Assembly: GCA_965645245.1 (NCBI GenBank)
Contig: OZ287074.1
Coordinates: 2,046,001-2,110,000 of the forward strand
Reading direction: 5' to 3'
DNA length: 64,000 nucleotides
DNA from: Massalongia carnosa
Taxonomy: Eukaryota
Shown here: one piece after another, positions 11,657 to 21,670 of the stretch
How the letters are laid out: each line of letters begins with the position of its first letter
Position numbering within the stretch: the stretch's first letter is position 1
Position numbers and translations under genes: made by a program
Notes under the pieces: generated by a model
What the model saw: the letters and a program-made list of their open reading frames with translations, nothing else
What the model was told of the DNA's origin: nothing
Database searches by the model: none

Positions 11657-12547
11657 TGTTGGAATACTCGCTTAGCCCCATTAGATCTAGCTCAGCCCTG
11701 CAGGCTGCCATGACTGCTATAAGCAGTCACCTCCGTAGTAATTTCAACATTATGCCGTCAACTGTTTATTCAACAGGTTATGAGTCCCGGGTTTGTGCTT
11801 TGCGCCCCTCCGACGGCATCCTTCATGCATAGACTACGTACTATCATGTCGTATCAAGAAGATGATGAGGTGAAAGTTCAGACGTGGAAAGCGCGAAAAC
11901 GAAGCGGAAACGACATCGAAAGGGATGAGAAACGAAGCGGAAACGAAGCGGAAACGTCATCGAAAGTGGTGTACGTACGAAACGTGCTGAGGAGGACATC
12001 TACAATGGGCGGTGCCTCGAAGACTTCACATCTTGCATTACTGGTCAGATCAGCAAGGGGAGATAAAAGCCCTGCGATCAGGCCACCAACGTCAATGGTC
12101 TGCGGGAAAATGTCTAACAGAGACATCGAGAAAAGCCCTGCTCAGGCCATCAACAAAACACGTCCATAGTACTCTTCCCATCCACCCATACACTCACAAA
12201 AGCTACGTTTCAAGAGATGGTTATGGGTTTAATGAGGCTACAAAGCAGGACAACAAAAGACATAAGAAAGAACTACGTGCTTAGGGAAAATGGAGTCAGA
12301 GGGAGCTAGATTCGTTCCGCAAGGGGAGCGAATCGGACACAGCTGGATGAATCACTTCGCAAGGGGAATGATAAAAGCTGGATAGTTTCAATTTTGGAGG
12401 CGAAAGGGGAGCCACGCTCGAAGGGGAGTGTTGGAATACTCGCTTAGCCCCATTAGATCTAGCTCAGCCCTGCAGGCTGCCATGACTGCTATAAGCAGTC
12501 ACCTCCGTAGTAATTTCAACATTATGCCGTCAACTGTTTATTTAACA
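11657..12547 (+). mobile_element. TRIM / miniature non-autonomous Copia-type LTR element (891 bp)
   Basis: 119-bp TGTT..AACA LTRs at 11657-11775 and 12429-12547 (1 mismatch); TSD ATCGT (11652-11656 / 12548-12552); PBS GGTTATGAGTCCCGG at 11776; PPT GAAGGGGAG before 12429; no RT or integrase coding. Confidence 0.9.
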
Positions 12548-13576
12548 ATCGTCAAACACCTCGTCAAACCTTCGTGCCGTACGTCTCCTAATAGAGGGAG
12601 ATGAACACTGATCGAATCTTCATGCAAAGGGGTTCGAGACAAATATAAAAGGAAGGACAAGTTAATTAGATAGTTGACTCCTTGTCCGACGTCTTGTATA
12701 GCAATCCATCACCTAGCTATAGCCTTATTAATAAAGACATCTTGATCACCCAATCCAATTCCTAGGAACATTAGTTCAATCCCCTGCCCAGTCCTTGACA
12801 GGCTATTTCTTCGAAAGAATTCAAGTAGAATTTGTTTAGAAAGTTTCCTGAAATTCCTAAAGTTTACGTGGGGCAATCAGATTGCACTTCGCATAGAAAT
12901 CGAGAATCGACTTAACGAAAATAACAAGATTTATGTAAAATTGCTCTGCACGTTATAAACATAAATAAAGATTGAAATTTATGACGAAAAATCAAAATTA
13001 CATTGATCATGATTGTCATGAAATGCCTCCGACCTCACCACGTGCCTCTATCACGTGCCTTGATCTGATGACTACTCACGGACGTCGTGCCATGCCTTCG
13101 GGACCCTCATATCATTCTTCGAATTCGCCGATTACTGATCATTAATCAGCCTCGCATTGATGATTTATTCCCGTCTTTCGACTATTATCATGTCTAATAG
13201 CTTCGCATTGATGTTTGACATCTCCCGTCTCCTCGCTGACCCCATCGTGCTTATTGCCGCTATAATGCCCCTCATTCATCATCGCACTGACTAGACATCA
13301 TTCGCCGCCACCCTAGAAAGATGAATATGGGAGGACAAAGATATAAGAAAGAAGTCGAATCATGGAAGTTCTGATTCTTTGTCGAACGTCTTGAATAGCC
13401 AACCTAGCCTAGCCTAGATTCATAGCTATAGACTCAATCAATAAGCTTGACCATCAACTCACCTTGCCTTTGCCCTTGCCCTCGACCTGATTTCGTGACA
13501 TTACGTTCGACCAACATTCAAAAGTGCCTTCCATAGCATTTTCCCTCATCTCCCTTTATCTCATTCCCCCTCAATC

Positions 13577-14719
13577 ATGTCTTCAGCAGAAGAGAACCTC
13601 TCCGAGCTGGATAAGCGTATTCGATTCATTCAGGAACGTCTTCAGGCAGACCCTCAGCAATTCCTGAGTCAAATGGACAACCTAGAAGCCGAAGTAAACC
13701 AACTTCGCAACAATGCCAATACCCCTTCTATTTCCGAGCCCATACCTATCTCAAATCCACCCCCCCCTACCTTGGATCCGCAAATCATGGCCATGATGCA
13801 GCTGCTCCTGGCGTCAAAAAACTCCCTCATCCGCTCCGAAAAGCTCCCGGACATCACGGAGTATGAGGGCGAAGAAGTCAAGCTGGATGCGTGGGAGCAG
13901 TCCCTGATTCAAAGAATGCATGTCAACAATGATCGATACCCGTTCGATCAAGCCAAAATTGCCTATGCCGAAAGCCGACTCACCATAGGCAAAAAGGCTC
14001 ATAACCTAATGAATGCGTACAGGGTCGATGGCCTTTGCGTACTCACCTCATTTGCTGAATGGCGATCAGCCCTCCGCCGCGCATGCGGAAATCCCTACGA
14101 GCAGGAGGATGCTCGCAAATACCTTCGCGATATCCTCAAACAGGGAAGTAGTAGCTTCGAGGAGTACTACAACCTTTTTGCGCAGAAAAAAGACCGGTCC
14201 AAGATGGAAGATGCCAGCCTGATCGATGCCATGAAGGCAAATGTGAATTATTCAACCCAGACCGCAGCCCTAATGTATAGGGTCCCCGGAACCCAAAGGC
14301 AACCAACCACCTTCGACGAGCACGTCACCATGTGGTTGGAGACAGATCGTGGCCTTCGGCAGATCCGCCACATTGCCCCAAAGGCGAACACCACCACTAT
14401 CACCCCGACACCGAAAAAGCCAAACCCGTTATCAGCACTTCCCCCGACAGTCGCTCCCGCTGCCAAAGCACCTGTCGCTTCTCCCGCCTCCCCTGCGCTG
14501 CTCATTGGCGACCCCATGGACCTAAGCTCTGCCATGGCAGCGGTGAAAGGCCAATCGCTCAAAACCGAGGGGGTCCGCAAAATCTGCGAAGACTGGAAGT
14601 TGTGTTTCTACTGCAAATTGCAGCATCCAGGGAAGTCAGCAACTGACTGTCCCAACAAGCGAACCAACCTTCGGAGCATGGAGCTCGAAGCCCCTGATAT
14701 TGATCAGGGAAAAGCCTAG
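13577..14719 (+). CDS. gag: Gag of Gypsy 2
   Basis: 380-aa ORF homologous to the Gypsy 1 Gag (RSEKLPDI, GDPMDL, CFYC). Confidence 0.93.
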   Translation: MSSAEENLSELDKRIRFIQERLQADPQQFLSQMDNLEAEVNQLRNNANTPSISEPIPISNPPPPTLDPQIMAMMQLLLASKNSLIRSEKLPDITEYEGEEVKLDAWEQSLIQRMHVNNDRYPFDQAKIAYAESRLTIGKKAHNLMNAYRVDGLCVLTSFAEWRSALRRACGNPYEQEDARKYLRDILKQGSSSFEEYYNLFAQKKDRSKMEDASLIDAMKANVNYSTQTAALMYRVPGTQRQPTTFDEHVTMWLETDRGLRQIRHIAPKANTTTITPTPKKPNPLSALPPTVAPAAKAPVASPASPALLIGDPMDLSSAMAAVKGQSLKTEGVRKICEDWKLCFYCKLQHPGKSATDCPNKRTNLRSMELEAPDIDQGKA

Positions 14720-17700
14720 TCTCTGCACATCGTCGCGTGCAGGGACTCCCCCCCCTTCTCATTTCCTCATGTTTGATGGCCAGTTTTTCCCCCTCTTTGA
14801 GATCCAATACGCGATTTTCCGCAGCCTCCGCTTTGGAGCTGTTTGAATCAGATAAGACGTTCAGAGACAGTCACATGGTGATGACAGGTATCTTGCGATT
14901 ATCTAGATCTAGGATTAGAACGTATAATCTAATTGATTGTGGTGCATCTGGCTTTTCATTCATCGATGAGAAATTTGCGCATACTAACCAAATTCCCCTT
15001 CATCTTCTCAAATATCCCCGCCGGCTCGAAGGATTCGACGGCCAAAGGGCTCTATCCGGCAATATCACTCATGTGGCCGAAATCACCATGGATCTAGAAG
15101 GTCATGTAGAAAAACTCTTTCTATATGTCACCGGGTTAAAAAATTATCCCATTATCCTGGGCCATCCATGGCTCCGTCGGCATAACGCCATAGCCGATTT
15201 TGGGCATAATACGCTCACCTTTGCCTCCCCCTACTGCCTCACTCACTGTTGCCCCCACCCCGTCAAGCTTCAAGCCGTTGAGGAAGAATTCCTCACCCCA
15301 GCCGAGAGTCGAAAAATCTGGGATGAAGAGATCCTCGAAGACGCCCTAGGAAAAGTTATCAATCAAGACACGTCTATCAGAACGTCGATAACTTCTCTAG
15401 AAGAGGGGGAAGAAATTCCCACAATCAAAAATTCCATTCCTGACAATCCCGTCAAAATCGAGGAATCCATCCCTTTGTTCAAAACCGCGCCGCGCGATTT
15501 CACCTTAATCAAACCCGAAATCAATGAACCCGAACCCCAGCCTCAAAACCCCACCGATGAACCCAGTCGCATTGAAAATGCAATCCAGCAAGGGCTTCCC
15601 CCCCCGAAAATCCGATACCGAAGCCCGTCCAAATTGCGGACATCCACCCAAAGACGTGCTCATCAAGCAGCACGCAAAACCACCCCGCAGATGAATGTCT
15701 GCGAAATCGGAGCTATCTCCTTCAATCGACTGACTCGGAAGAAAAACCACGATAGTTTCGCCCTGTCCATGAAAGAAATTGACCTCTTTCTAGGAAAAAC
15801 CAACCCCGAACCTCTAGTAATGAAAGCCTCACCTAGTTCAGCCCCCGATTTGATCGAAAAAGCCAAAAAACCCAGCCCAGCCTACCAACCATTGCCATCT
15901 CGAGCAAGCCCGCACGAGAAAGAAATCCACCTAGCCTTATTTAAGATGAATAAGGCCCTAACCCTAGCCACCGCCGTGACTCGTGAAGAGTTAGACGCTT
16001 ACCGAGAAAGTAAGAACGTCGACCCAGCCCCCCTTCTGCCCAAGCAATACCACGAATTCCTAGATGTCTTCTCGAAGAAGAAATCCGAAGACTTGCCCCC
16101 CCGCCGTCCCTACGATCATGCCATAAACCTGAAAGAAGGTACGCAGGCCCCTAGTCAAGCCCTGTATGGTATGAGTCGTACCGAAATCGAGGAGCTCCGC
16201 CGCTACCTCGACGAAAATCTAGCCAAGGGATTTATTCGGGCTAGTCGCTCCCACGCCGCCTCCCCGGTGATGTTCGTGAAAAAGCCAGGTGGGGGACTTC
16301 GATTTTGCGTGGATTATCGTGCTCTGAATGCCATCACGATTAAGGATCGCTATCCGCTGCCCTTGATCGCCGAGACCCTGCACCAATTAATCAAAGCCAA
16401 GATATTCACCAAGATAGACATCATCGCCGCCTTCAATATGCTCCGCATACGAGAAGGAGACGAAGAACTCACCGCTTTTCGCACTCGTTTCGGCCTTTTC
16501 GAGTCCTTGGTCCTACCCTTCGGCCTATGCAACGGGCCCGCCTCATTTCAGCACTTCATCAACGATACGCTTCACGAGTATCTTGCTGACTTTTGCACTG
16601 CGTACCTAGATGATATCCTCATCTACAGTGACAATGAGCTGGAGCACGAGGTCCACGTCAAAAAAATCCTGTCTCGACTCCGAGATGCAGGCCTGCAAGC
16701 CGACATCACCAAGTGCAAGTTCCATGTCACCGAAATTGCATACCTAGGGATGATCGTGACCACCGAAGGGATAAAAATGGACCCGGCCAAGGTGGAAACC
16801 GTCGTCAATTGGCCAAACCTCGTCAATGTGAAAGATGTGCAAAGCTTTCTGGGTTTTGCTAACTTTTATAGACGATTCGTGTATGGGTTTAGCGACATAG
16901 CTGGCCCCCTAACCAACCTGACCAAGAAGGAGACGGAATTCCTGTGGACTGACAAATGCCAATTGGCATTCGAAATGCTGAAAAAAGCTTTCACCTCCGA
17001 TGTCATTCTCAGGCATTTCGACCCCGATCGTCCCATCATCGTCGAAACCGATGCCTCCGACTATGTTTCGGGGGGCATTCTTTCTCAATACGACGATGAT
17101 GGGATACTTCACCCCGTCGCCTACTTCTCAAAGAAGCACAATCCCGCCGAGTGCAACTACGAGATCTATGACAAAGAACTGATGGCAATCGTTCGATGTT
17201 TTGAAGAATGGCGACCCGAACTAGAAGGATCTGCCTTCCCCATCAGCGTCATATCCGACCACAAAAACCTGGAGTATTTTGCCTCCACCAAGCAGCTCAG
17301 CCGTCGCCAAGCTAGATGGAGCGAATTTCTCTCTCGATTTGACTTCAAGATAGTCTATCGACCAGGAAAAGCCGGAGGAAAACCGGACGCTCTAACTCGT
17401 CGATCGGGAGATCTTCCTAAAGAAGGGGATGATACGGACGAGCGAAGGAAATTTCAACACCAAACCATTTTGAAAACCGAAAACCTGGATGAGGAAGTCG
17501 CAAAAAGTTATTTGCGATCCATTCTTCTGGCACCAGCTTTCCTAGATGATGCAGATATCGAAGAAGCAGAACCTCAGCTAGATGAGGACCTCATCGATCC
17601 CGATGAGGATATCTCCACGGAGCTCCTCTGGGAACAAGCCCTGACACGAGACCAATTCGCCCCCGAAGTCCTGGAAGCCCTTCGTAATAACGAGAGGCAT

Positions 17701-19164
17701 CACAATCGAATCCAATTAGCCGAATGCGAAGATAGGGACGGTATCTTGTATTTTCGAAACAAGAAATACGTACCTCGATCCGATCGTCTGAGGCTTCGTA
17801 TCATTCAACTCGCTCACGATAGCGTCGCCGGCGGACATCCGGGCCGTTCCAAATGCCATGAGTTGGTAAATCGATCCTACTGGTGGCCCAGCATGCATCA
17901 GTCCATCAAGCGATTTATCCGAAACTGCCACACTTGCAGAAGATCAAAACCATCCCGCCAGCGCTATCAGGGCTGGCTACGCCCACTCCCCCCCCCCGAG
18001 CGCAGATGGCGGGATATTTCCATGGATTATGTAGGCCCCCTGACCCCCAGCACCTTCATGGGAATCACTTATCGCTACATCTTGGTGGTTATAGATCGCC
18101 TGTCCAAGATGCGACATTTCATTCCTATCACGTCCATGGAAGTTGAAGACGCCGCCGATGCGTTCTATCAGAATGTCTGGAAACTACATGGGCTTCCCGA
18201 AGCCATGGTTTCTGATCGTGGCCCCCAATTCGTCTCCGATTTCTGGCAGCTCATGTGCAAGAGGCTGAAAATCGACGCCAAGCTATCCACCGGATACCAC
18301 CCGGAGACCGACGGGCAGACCGAGCGAGCCAACGCCACCATGGAGCACTACCTAAGGGCTTATGTCAACTACATGCAGGATGACTGGGCACAATGGCTTC
18401 CTGGCGCCGAATTCGCCAGCAATAACACCGATTCATCTAGTATCCTGGCCTCCCCCTTCCTAGCCAACTTCGGGCAACATCCCCGCATGGGATTTGAACC
18501 GGAGGAACCCCTGCCGCAAGACCTAACCGCTCAGGGCAGAGCAAACCTAGTTGCAGCCAATCAGTTCGTGAATAAGATGCAGGATATCGACACTCATCTT
18601 CGAGACGAAATGCTGATGGCCCAAGCTTCGTACGAAGCAACTGCAAATGCTAACCGACGTCCCTGCCCCCGCTATTTCGTTGGCGATATGGTGTGGCTAA
18701 GCACCAGAAATATCCAAACCGCTCGCCCCACAGTCAAGCTGGATGACCGAAATATCGGCCCCTACCGCGTCAGCAAGGTGTTTTCCAACCCCTTGATCGT
18801 ACAGCTGGAGCTTCCCGATACCGTCAAAATCCATCCCGTCTTTCACGTCAATCTGTTGCAGCATGATGCCAATGACCCCCTCCCCGGGCAGAGACCGGAG
18901 CCTAGAGACCCCGTCATCGCCGAAGATGGCCAACGAGAATGGTATGTCAATAGGGTATTGGATTCCAAGCTCGACCGACGGTTTCAACCCCCGCTTCTGA
19001 AATACCTAGTGGATTGGGAAGGGCATCCTTCCACCTGGGAGCCTTTCAACTATCTCATCAATTGTCAGCAAGTCATAGACGAATACCACCAAGCCTATCC
19101 CAATGCGGCCGGCCCTCATCTAAACCCCTGTCAAATTCCCCGTTGCCAATGCCACGAGGCATAG
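14707..19164 (+). CDS. pol: Pol of Gypsy 2 (PR-RT-RH-IN-chromodomain), entered by -1 frameshift
   Basis: Same motifs as Gypsy 1 pol; slippery site GGGAAAA at 14707 with an open -1 frame. Confidence 0.95.
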   Translation, partial: GKSLVSAHRRVQGLPPLLISSCLMASFSPSLRSNTRFSAASALELFESDKTFRDSHMVMTGILRLSRSRIRTYNLIDCGASGFSFIDEKFAHTNQIPLHLLKYPRRLEGFDGQRALSGNITHVAEITMDLEGHVEKLFLYVTGLKNYPIILGHPWLRRHNAIADFGHNTLTFASPYCLTHCCPHPVKLQAVEEEFLTPAESRKIWDEEILEDALGKVINQDTSIRTSITSLEEGEEIPTIKNSIPDNPVKIEESIPLFKTAPRDFTLIKPEINEPEPQPQNPTDEPSRIENAIQQGLPPPKIRYRSPSKLRTSTQRRAHQAARKTTPQMNVCEIGAISFNRLTRKKNHDSFALSMKEIDLFLGKTNPEPLVMKASPSSAPDLIEKAKKPSPAYQPLPSRASPHEKEIHLALFKMNKALTLATAVTREELDAYRESKNVDPAPLLPKQYHEFLDVFSKKKSEDLPPRRPYDHAINLKEGTQAPSQALYGMSRTEIEELRRYLDENLAKGFIRASRSHAASPVMFVKKPGGGLRFCVDYRALNAITIKDRYPLPLIAETLHQLIKAKIFTKIDIIAAFNMLRIREGDEELTAFRTRFGLFESLVLPFGLCNGPASFQHFINDTLHEYLADFCTAYLDDILIYSDNELEHEVHVKKILSRLRDAGLQADITKCKFHVTEIAYLGMIVTTEGIKMDPAKVETVVNWPNLVNVKDVQSFLGFANFYRRFVYGFSDIAGPLTNLTKKETEFLWTDKCQLAFEMLKKAFTSDVILRHFDPDRPIIVETDASDYVSGGILSQYDDDGILHPVAYFSKKHNPAECNYEIYDKELMAIVRCFEEWRPELEGSAFPISVISDHKNLEYFASTKQLSRRQARWSEFLSRFDFKIVYRPGKAGGKPDALTRRSGDLPKEGDDTDERRKFQHQTILKTENLDEEVAKSYLRSILLAPAFLDDADIEEAEPQLDEDLIDPDEDISTELLWEQALTRDQFAPEVLEALRNNERHHNRIQLAECEDRDGILYFRNKKYVPRSDRLRLRIIQLAHDSVAGGHPGRSKCHELVNRSYWWPSMHQSIKRFIRNCHTCRRSKPSRQRYQGWLRPLPPPERRWRDISMDYVGPLTPSTFMGITYRYILVVIDRLSKMRHFIPITSMEVEDAADAFYQNVWKLHGLPEAMVSDRGPQFVSDFWQLMCKRLKIDAKLSTGYHPETDGQTERANATMEHYLRAYVNYMQDDWAQWLPGAEFASNNTDSSSILASPFLANFGQHPRMGFEPEEPLPQDLTAQGRANLVAANQFVNKMQDIDTHLRDEMLMAQASYEATANANRRPCPRYFVGDMVWLSTRNIQTARPTVKLDDRNIGPYRVSKVFSNPLIVQLELPDTVKIHPVFHVNLLQHDANDPLPGQRPEPRDPVIAEDGQREWYVNRVLDSKLDRRFQPPLLKYLVDWEGHPSTWEPFNYLINCQQVIDEYHQAYPNAAGPHLNPCQIPRCQCHEA

Positions 19165-19946
19165 ATAAGATGGCATCGCAGGAGCTCTGCCTTGAAGGGG
19201 GAGCTACTGTCATGAAATGCCTCCGACCTCACCACGTGCCTCTATCACGTGCCTTGATCTGATGACTACTCACGGACGTCGTGCCATGCCTTCGGGACCC
19301 TCATATCATTCTTCGAATTCGCCGATTACTGATCATTAATCAGCCTCGCATTGATGATTTATTCCCGTCTTTCGACTATTATCATGTCTAATAGCTTCGC
19401 ATTGATGTTTGACATCTCCCGTCTCCTCGCTGACCCCATCGTGCTTATTGCCGCTATAATGCCCCTCATTCATCATCGCACTGACTAGACATCATTCGCC
19501 GCCACCCTAGAAAGATGAATATGGGAGGACAAAGATATAAGAAAGAAGTCGAATCATGGAAGTTCTGATTCTTTGTCGAACGTCTTGAATAGCCAACCTA
19601 GCCTAGCCTAGATTCATAGCTATAGACTCAATCAATAAGCTTGACCATCAACCCACCTTGCCTTTGCCCTTGCCCTCGACCTGATTTCGTGACAATGATC
19701 ATATCAAGCGACGACGTTACAAACATGAAAACAATAAAGTTGTGACGTTGTTCTATGAGGTCGAAATCGTTCTTGTCATGATCGTTAAGCCATATCTGAC
19801 CGTAATCTTGAGTTTTGGGCTCAGACTTGCTACATATATGATGCGTAGTCAGCCTGTTAATCCGAAGGGGCTTAGCCGAGCGGTACTGAGGCAATTCTCT
19901 TTCTGCTATCACCTGAAATAAGTGCCTCGCTTCTTGAACAGTTAGC

Positions 19947-21294
19947 CACGCGGGGCCAAAAAAAGTTCCCACACCAAAATTTCACCCACCCTAAAAATCC
20001 TTCTTTACCCAACTCCCTCATCATGAATAATCACTATTATACACGACTATATGCAACAAAAATCGCTCAATGTCCGTCATTTTACCCTCTCCATCTAGCA
20101 CATCATGCATGCGTTGTGGCATTTGTTCTACAAACGAATTGATCCATTCCTGGGGAACGTGATCCATCCACCCTGTACGAATTGCATCTAAAGTGGTCTC
20201 ATCGTCCCAATGATCCGATTTTGATAACCACTGCTTGACGGGCTGCCAGCAGTTTTCAATGATGGACAAATCGGGAGATTTTGGGGCGTTGAAGTAGTAC
20301 TTTAACCCGTTTTCTTCCTTCCATTCCGTACGATGTTGTTATTGTTGGCTGAACCATGCCCCGAATCACCATCTTCCTCCAAAACAAATCGTTCACTCAT
20401 CTCGAGACACGGCTTTACAATAGGCTCCAAAATGGAGTCTATATAGACTCTTTGACTCATCTTTCCATTGGTGTTTCTAGGAATCTCGTAAAAAATCAGA
20501 TCTGATTTGTAATTCCATCCCACCCACGCCCAGCAATGAAAACGCTTTTGTACTCTTTCTTCGGGCTCTTTCCCCTCCTGCATGCAGTCAAAACAATATC
20601 TTTGACCCGGTCGACGTATAATGCGCAATCGGCGTTGAGGACTAAGCCCGAAATGAACTTCATCGCTGAAACGAACCAACTTCCAGTCCTCCAATGTCCA
20701 AGTGGTGATTTTATCTCGTGCAAAAGTACGTCTTAAAGCACGAAGATGAGGAGCAATCCAGGTCCTCGTACAAGCGATGCATTTGTGATATTCCAAGTCC
20801 TGCATAGTATTTCTGATGGTGTGCCAATGCACTCGATTACTGCCCACGAGGCCTACTTCTTTGGCCAGTTGATACCAGGACATAGCTCGAGCTTGAATAC
20901 CTCCATTTTCAATTATTTCCTCCAGTCTCTTGAGAGTCTCCCAATCAATCGCTTTTTTTCTACCTCGAAGCTCTGGCCAGACCGAGTTGTGATGAAATCG
21001 ACGAGATGATTCGCCCCGAAGCATGGCATAACCGCTCGTTCGTTCCACGCCGAAATGACGAAAAACGTCTTCTTTAAAATAGAGAATTTTATGAGCATCA
21101 TTAAATTCAACAACAGCTTGAACTTTAGCTTTTATGGGCGTAGAATACTCCTGATTACAGTTATGATCATCAAAATCAGGTGTACTAGAACGATTAATTG
21201 ATGATTGATTATTCATAATGAGGGAGTTGGGTAAAAGATGGATTTTTAGGGTGGGTGAAATTTTTGGTGTGGGAACTTTTTTTGGCCCCGCGTG
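19947..21294 (-). mobile_element. TIR DNA transposon with IS630/Tc1-type DDE transposase, flanked by a 5-bp direct repeat
   Basis: About 87-bp TIRs (CACGCGGGGCCAAAAAAAGTTCCCACACC... and the inverse ending GCCCCGCGTG); TTAGC on both sides (19942-19946 / 21295-21299). Confidence 0.9.
20021..21216 (-). pseudogene. Tc1/IS630-like transposase with one frameshift
   Basis: FSDEVHF, EEDGDSGHG and SPDLSIIENCW motifs; a 1-nt deletion near 20325 splits it into ORFs 20302..21216 and 20021..20269. Confidence 0.85.
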
Positions 21295-21375
21295 TTAGCT
21301 AAAGAACCGCTAACCTGGCGAAGCTTAGCCGGCTCGCTAGAGCCTCGCACATCTGAGGTACAAGGTACAAGGTAT

Positions 21376-21625
21376 TACGCGGGGACCAAAATTGTCGCGA
21401 CACCAAACTTTCACCCCACCAAAAACCTTTCATCATCAAATAACTTATTCAGTGTGCAACGTCAGCAATGATTCTGAGTATGCCTCAACAACTGGAAGAT
21501 GTTTTGGACGATGATGGAAGGATGACAGGTCATTAGTAGCAATCTTATGATCGTCTTGTATGTAGATAAATTGATGTTTTGTTGGTGGGGTGAAGTTTTA
21601 GCGTCGCGACAATTTTGGTTGCGTG
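21376..21625. mobile_element. Degenerate MITE (about 250 bp) related to the neighbouring TIR element
   Basis: Imperfect TIRs of about 50 bp (ACGCGGGGACCAAAATTGTCGCGACACC..TTCACCCCACCAA versus TTGGTGGGGTGAAG..GTCGCGACAATTTTGGTTGCGTG); no ORF; no TSD recognisable. Confidence 0.7.
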
Positions 21626-21670
21626 ACTGTTGAATTACGTTACTCGGAAACTTCTCATACCATTGTCAGC

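Larger units (their letters stand above)
5329..12800 (+). mobile_element. Ty3/Gypsy chromovirus LTR retrotransposon 1 (intact ORFs; 3' LTR interrupted by a TRIM)
   Basis: TG..CA LTRs at 5329-5776 and 11460-12800; target duplication GGCTA (5324-5328 / 12801-12805); polypurine tract before 11460; gag and pol ORFs. Confidence 0.97.
13014..19694 (+). mobile_element. Ty3/Gypsy chromovirus LTR retrotransposon 2 (intact)
   Basis: 487-bp LTRs at 13014-13500 and 19208-19694 (one substitution seen); TSD ATGAT (13009-13013 / 19695-19699); PPT GAAGGGGGAG. Confidence 0.97.

Noticed and set aside
11657..12547. Direct repeats as a CRISPR-like or tandem array
   Set aside because: Only two copies, with TG..CA ends, TSD, PBS and PPT; they are LTRs, and the DNA is eukaryotic.
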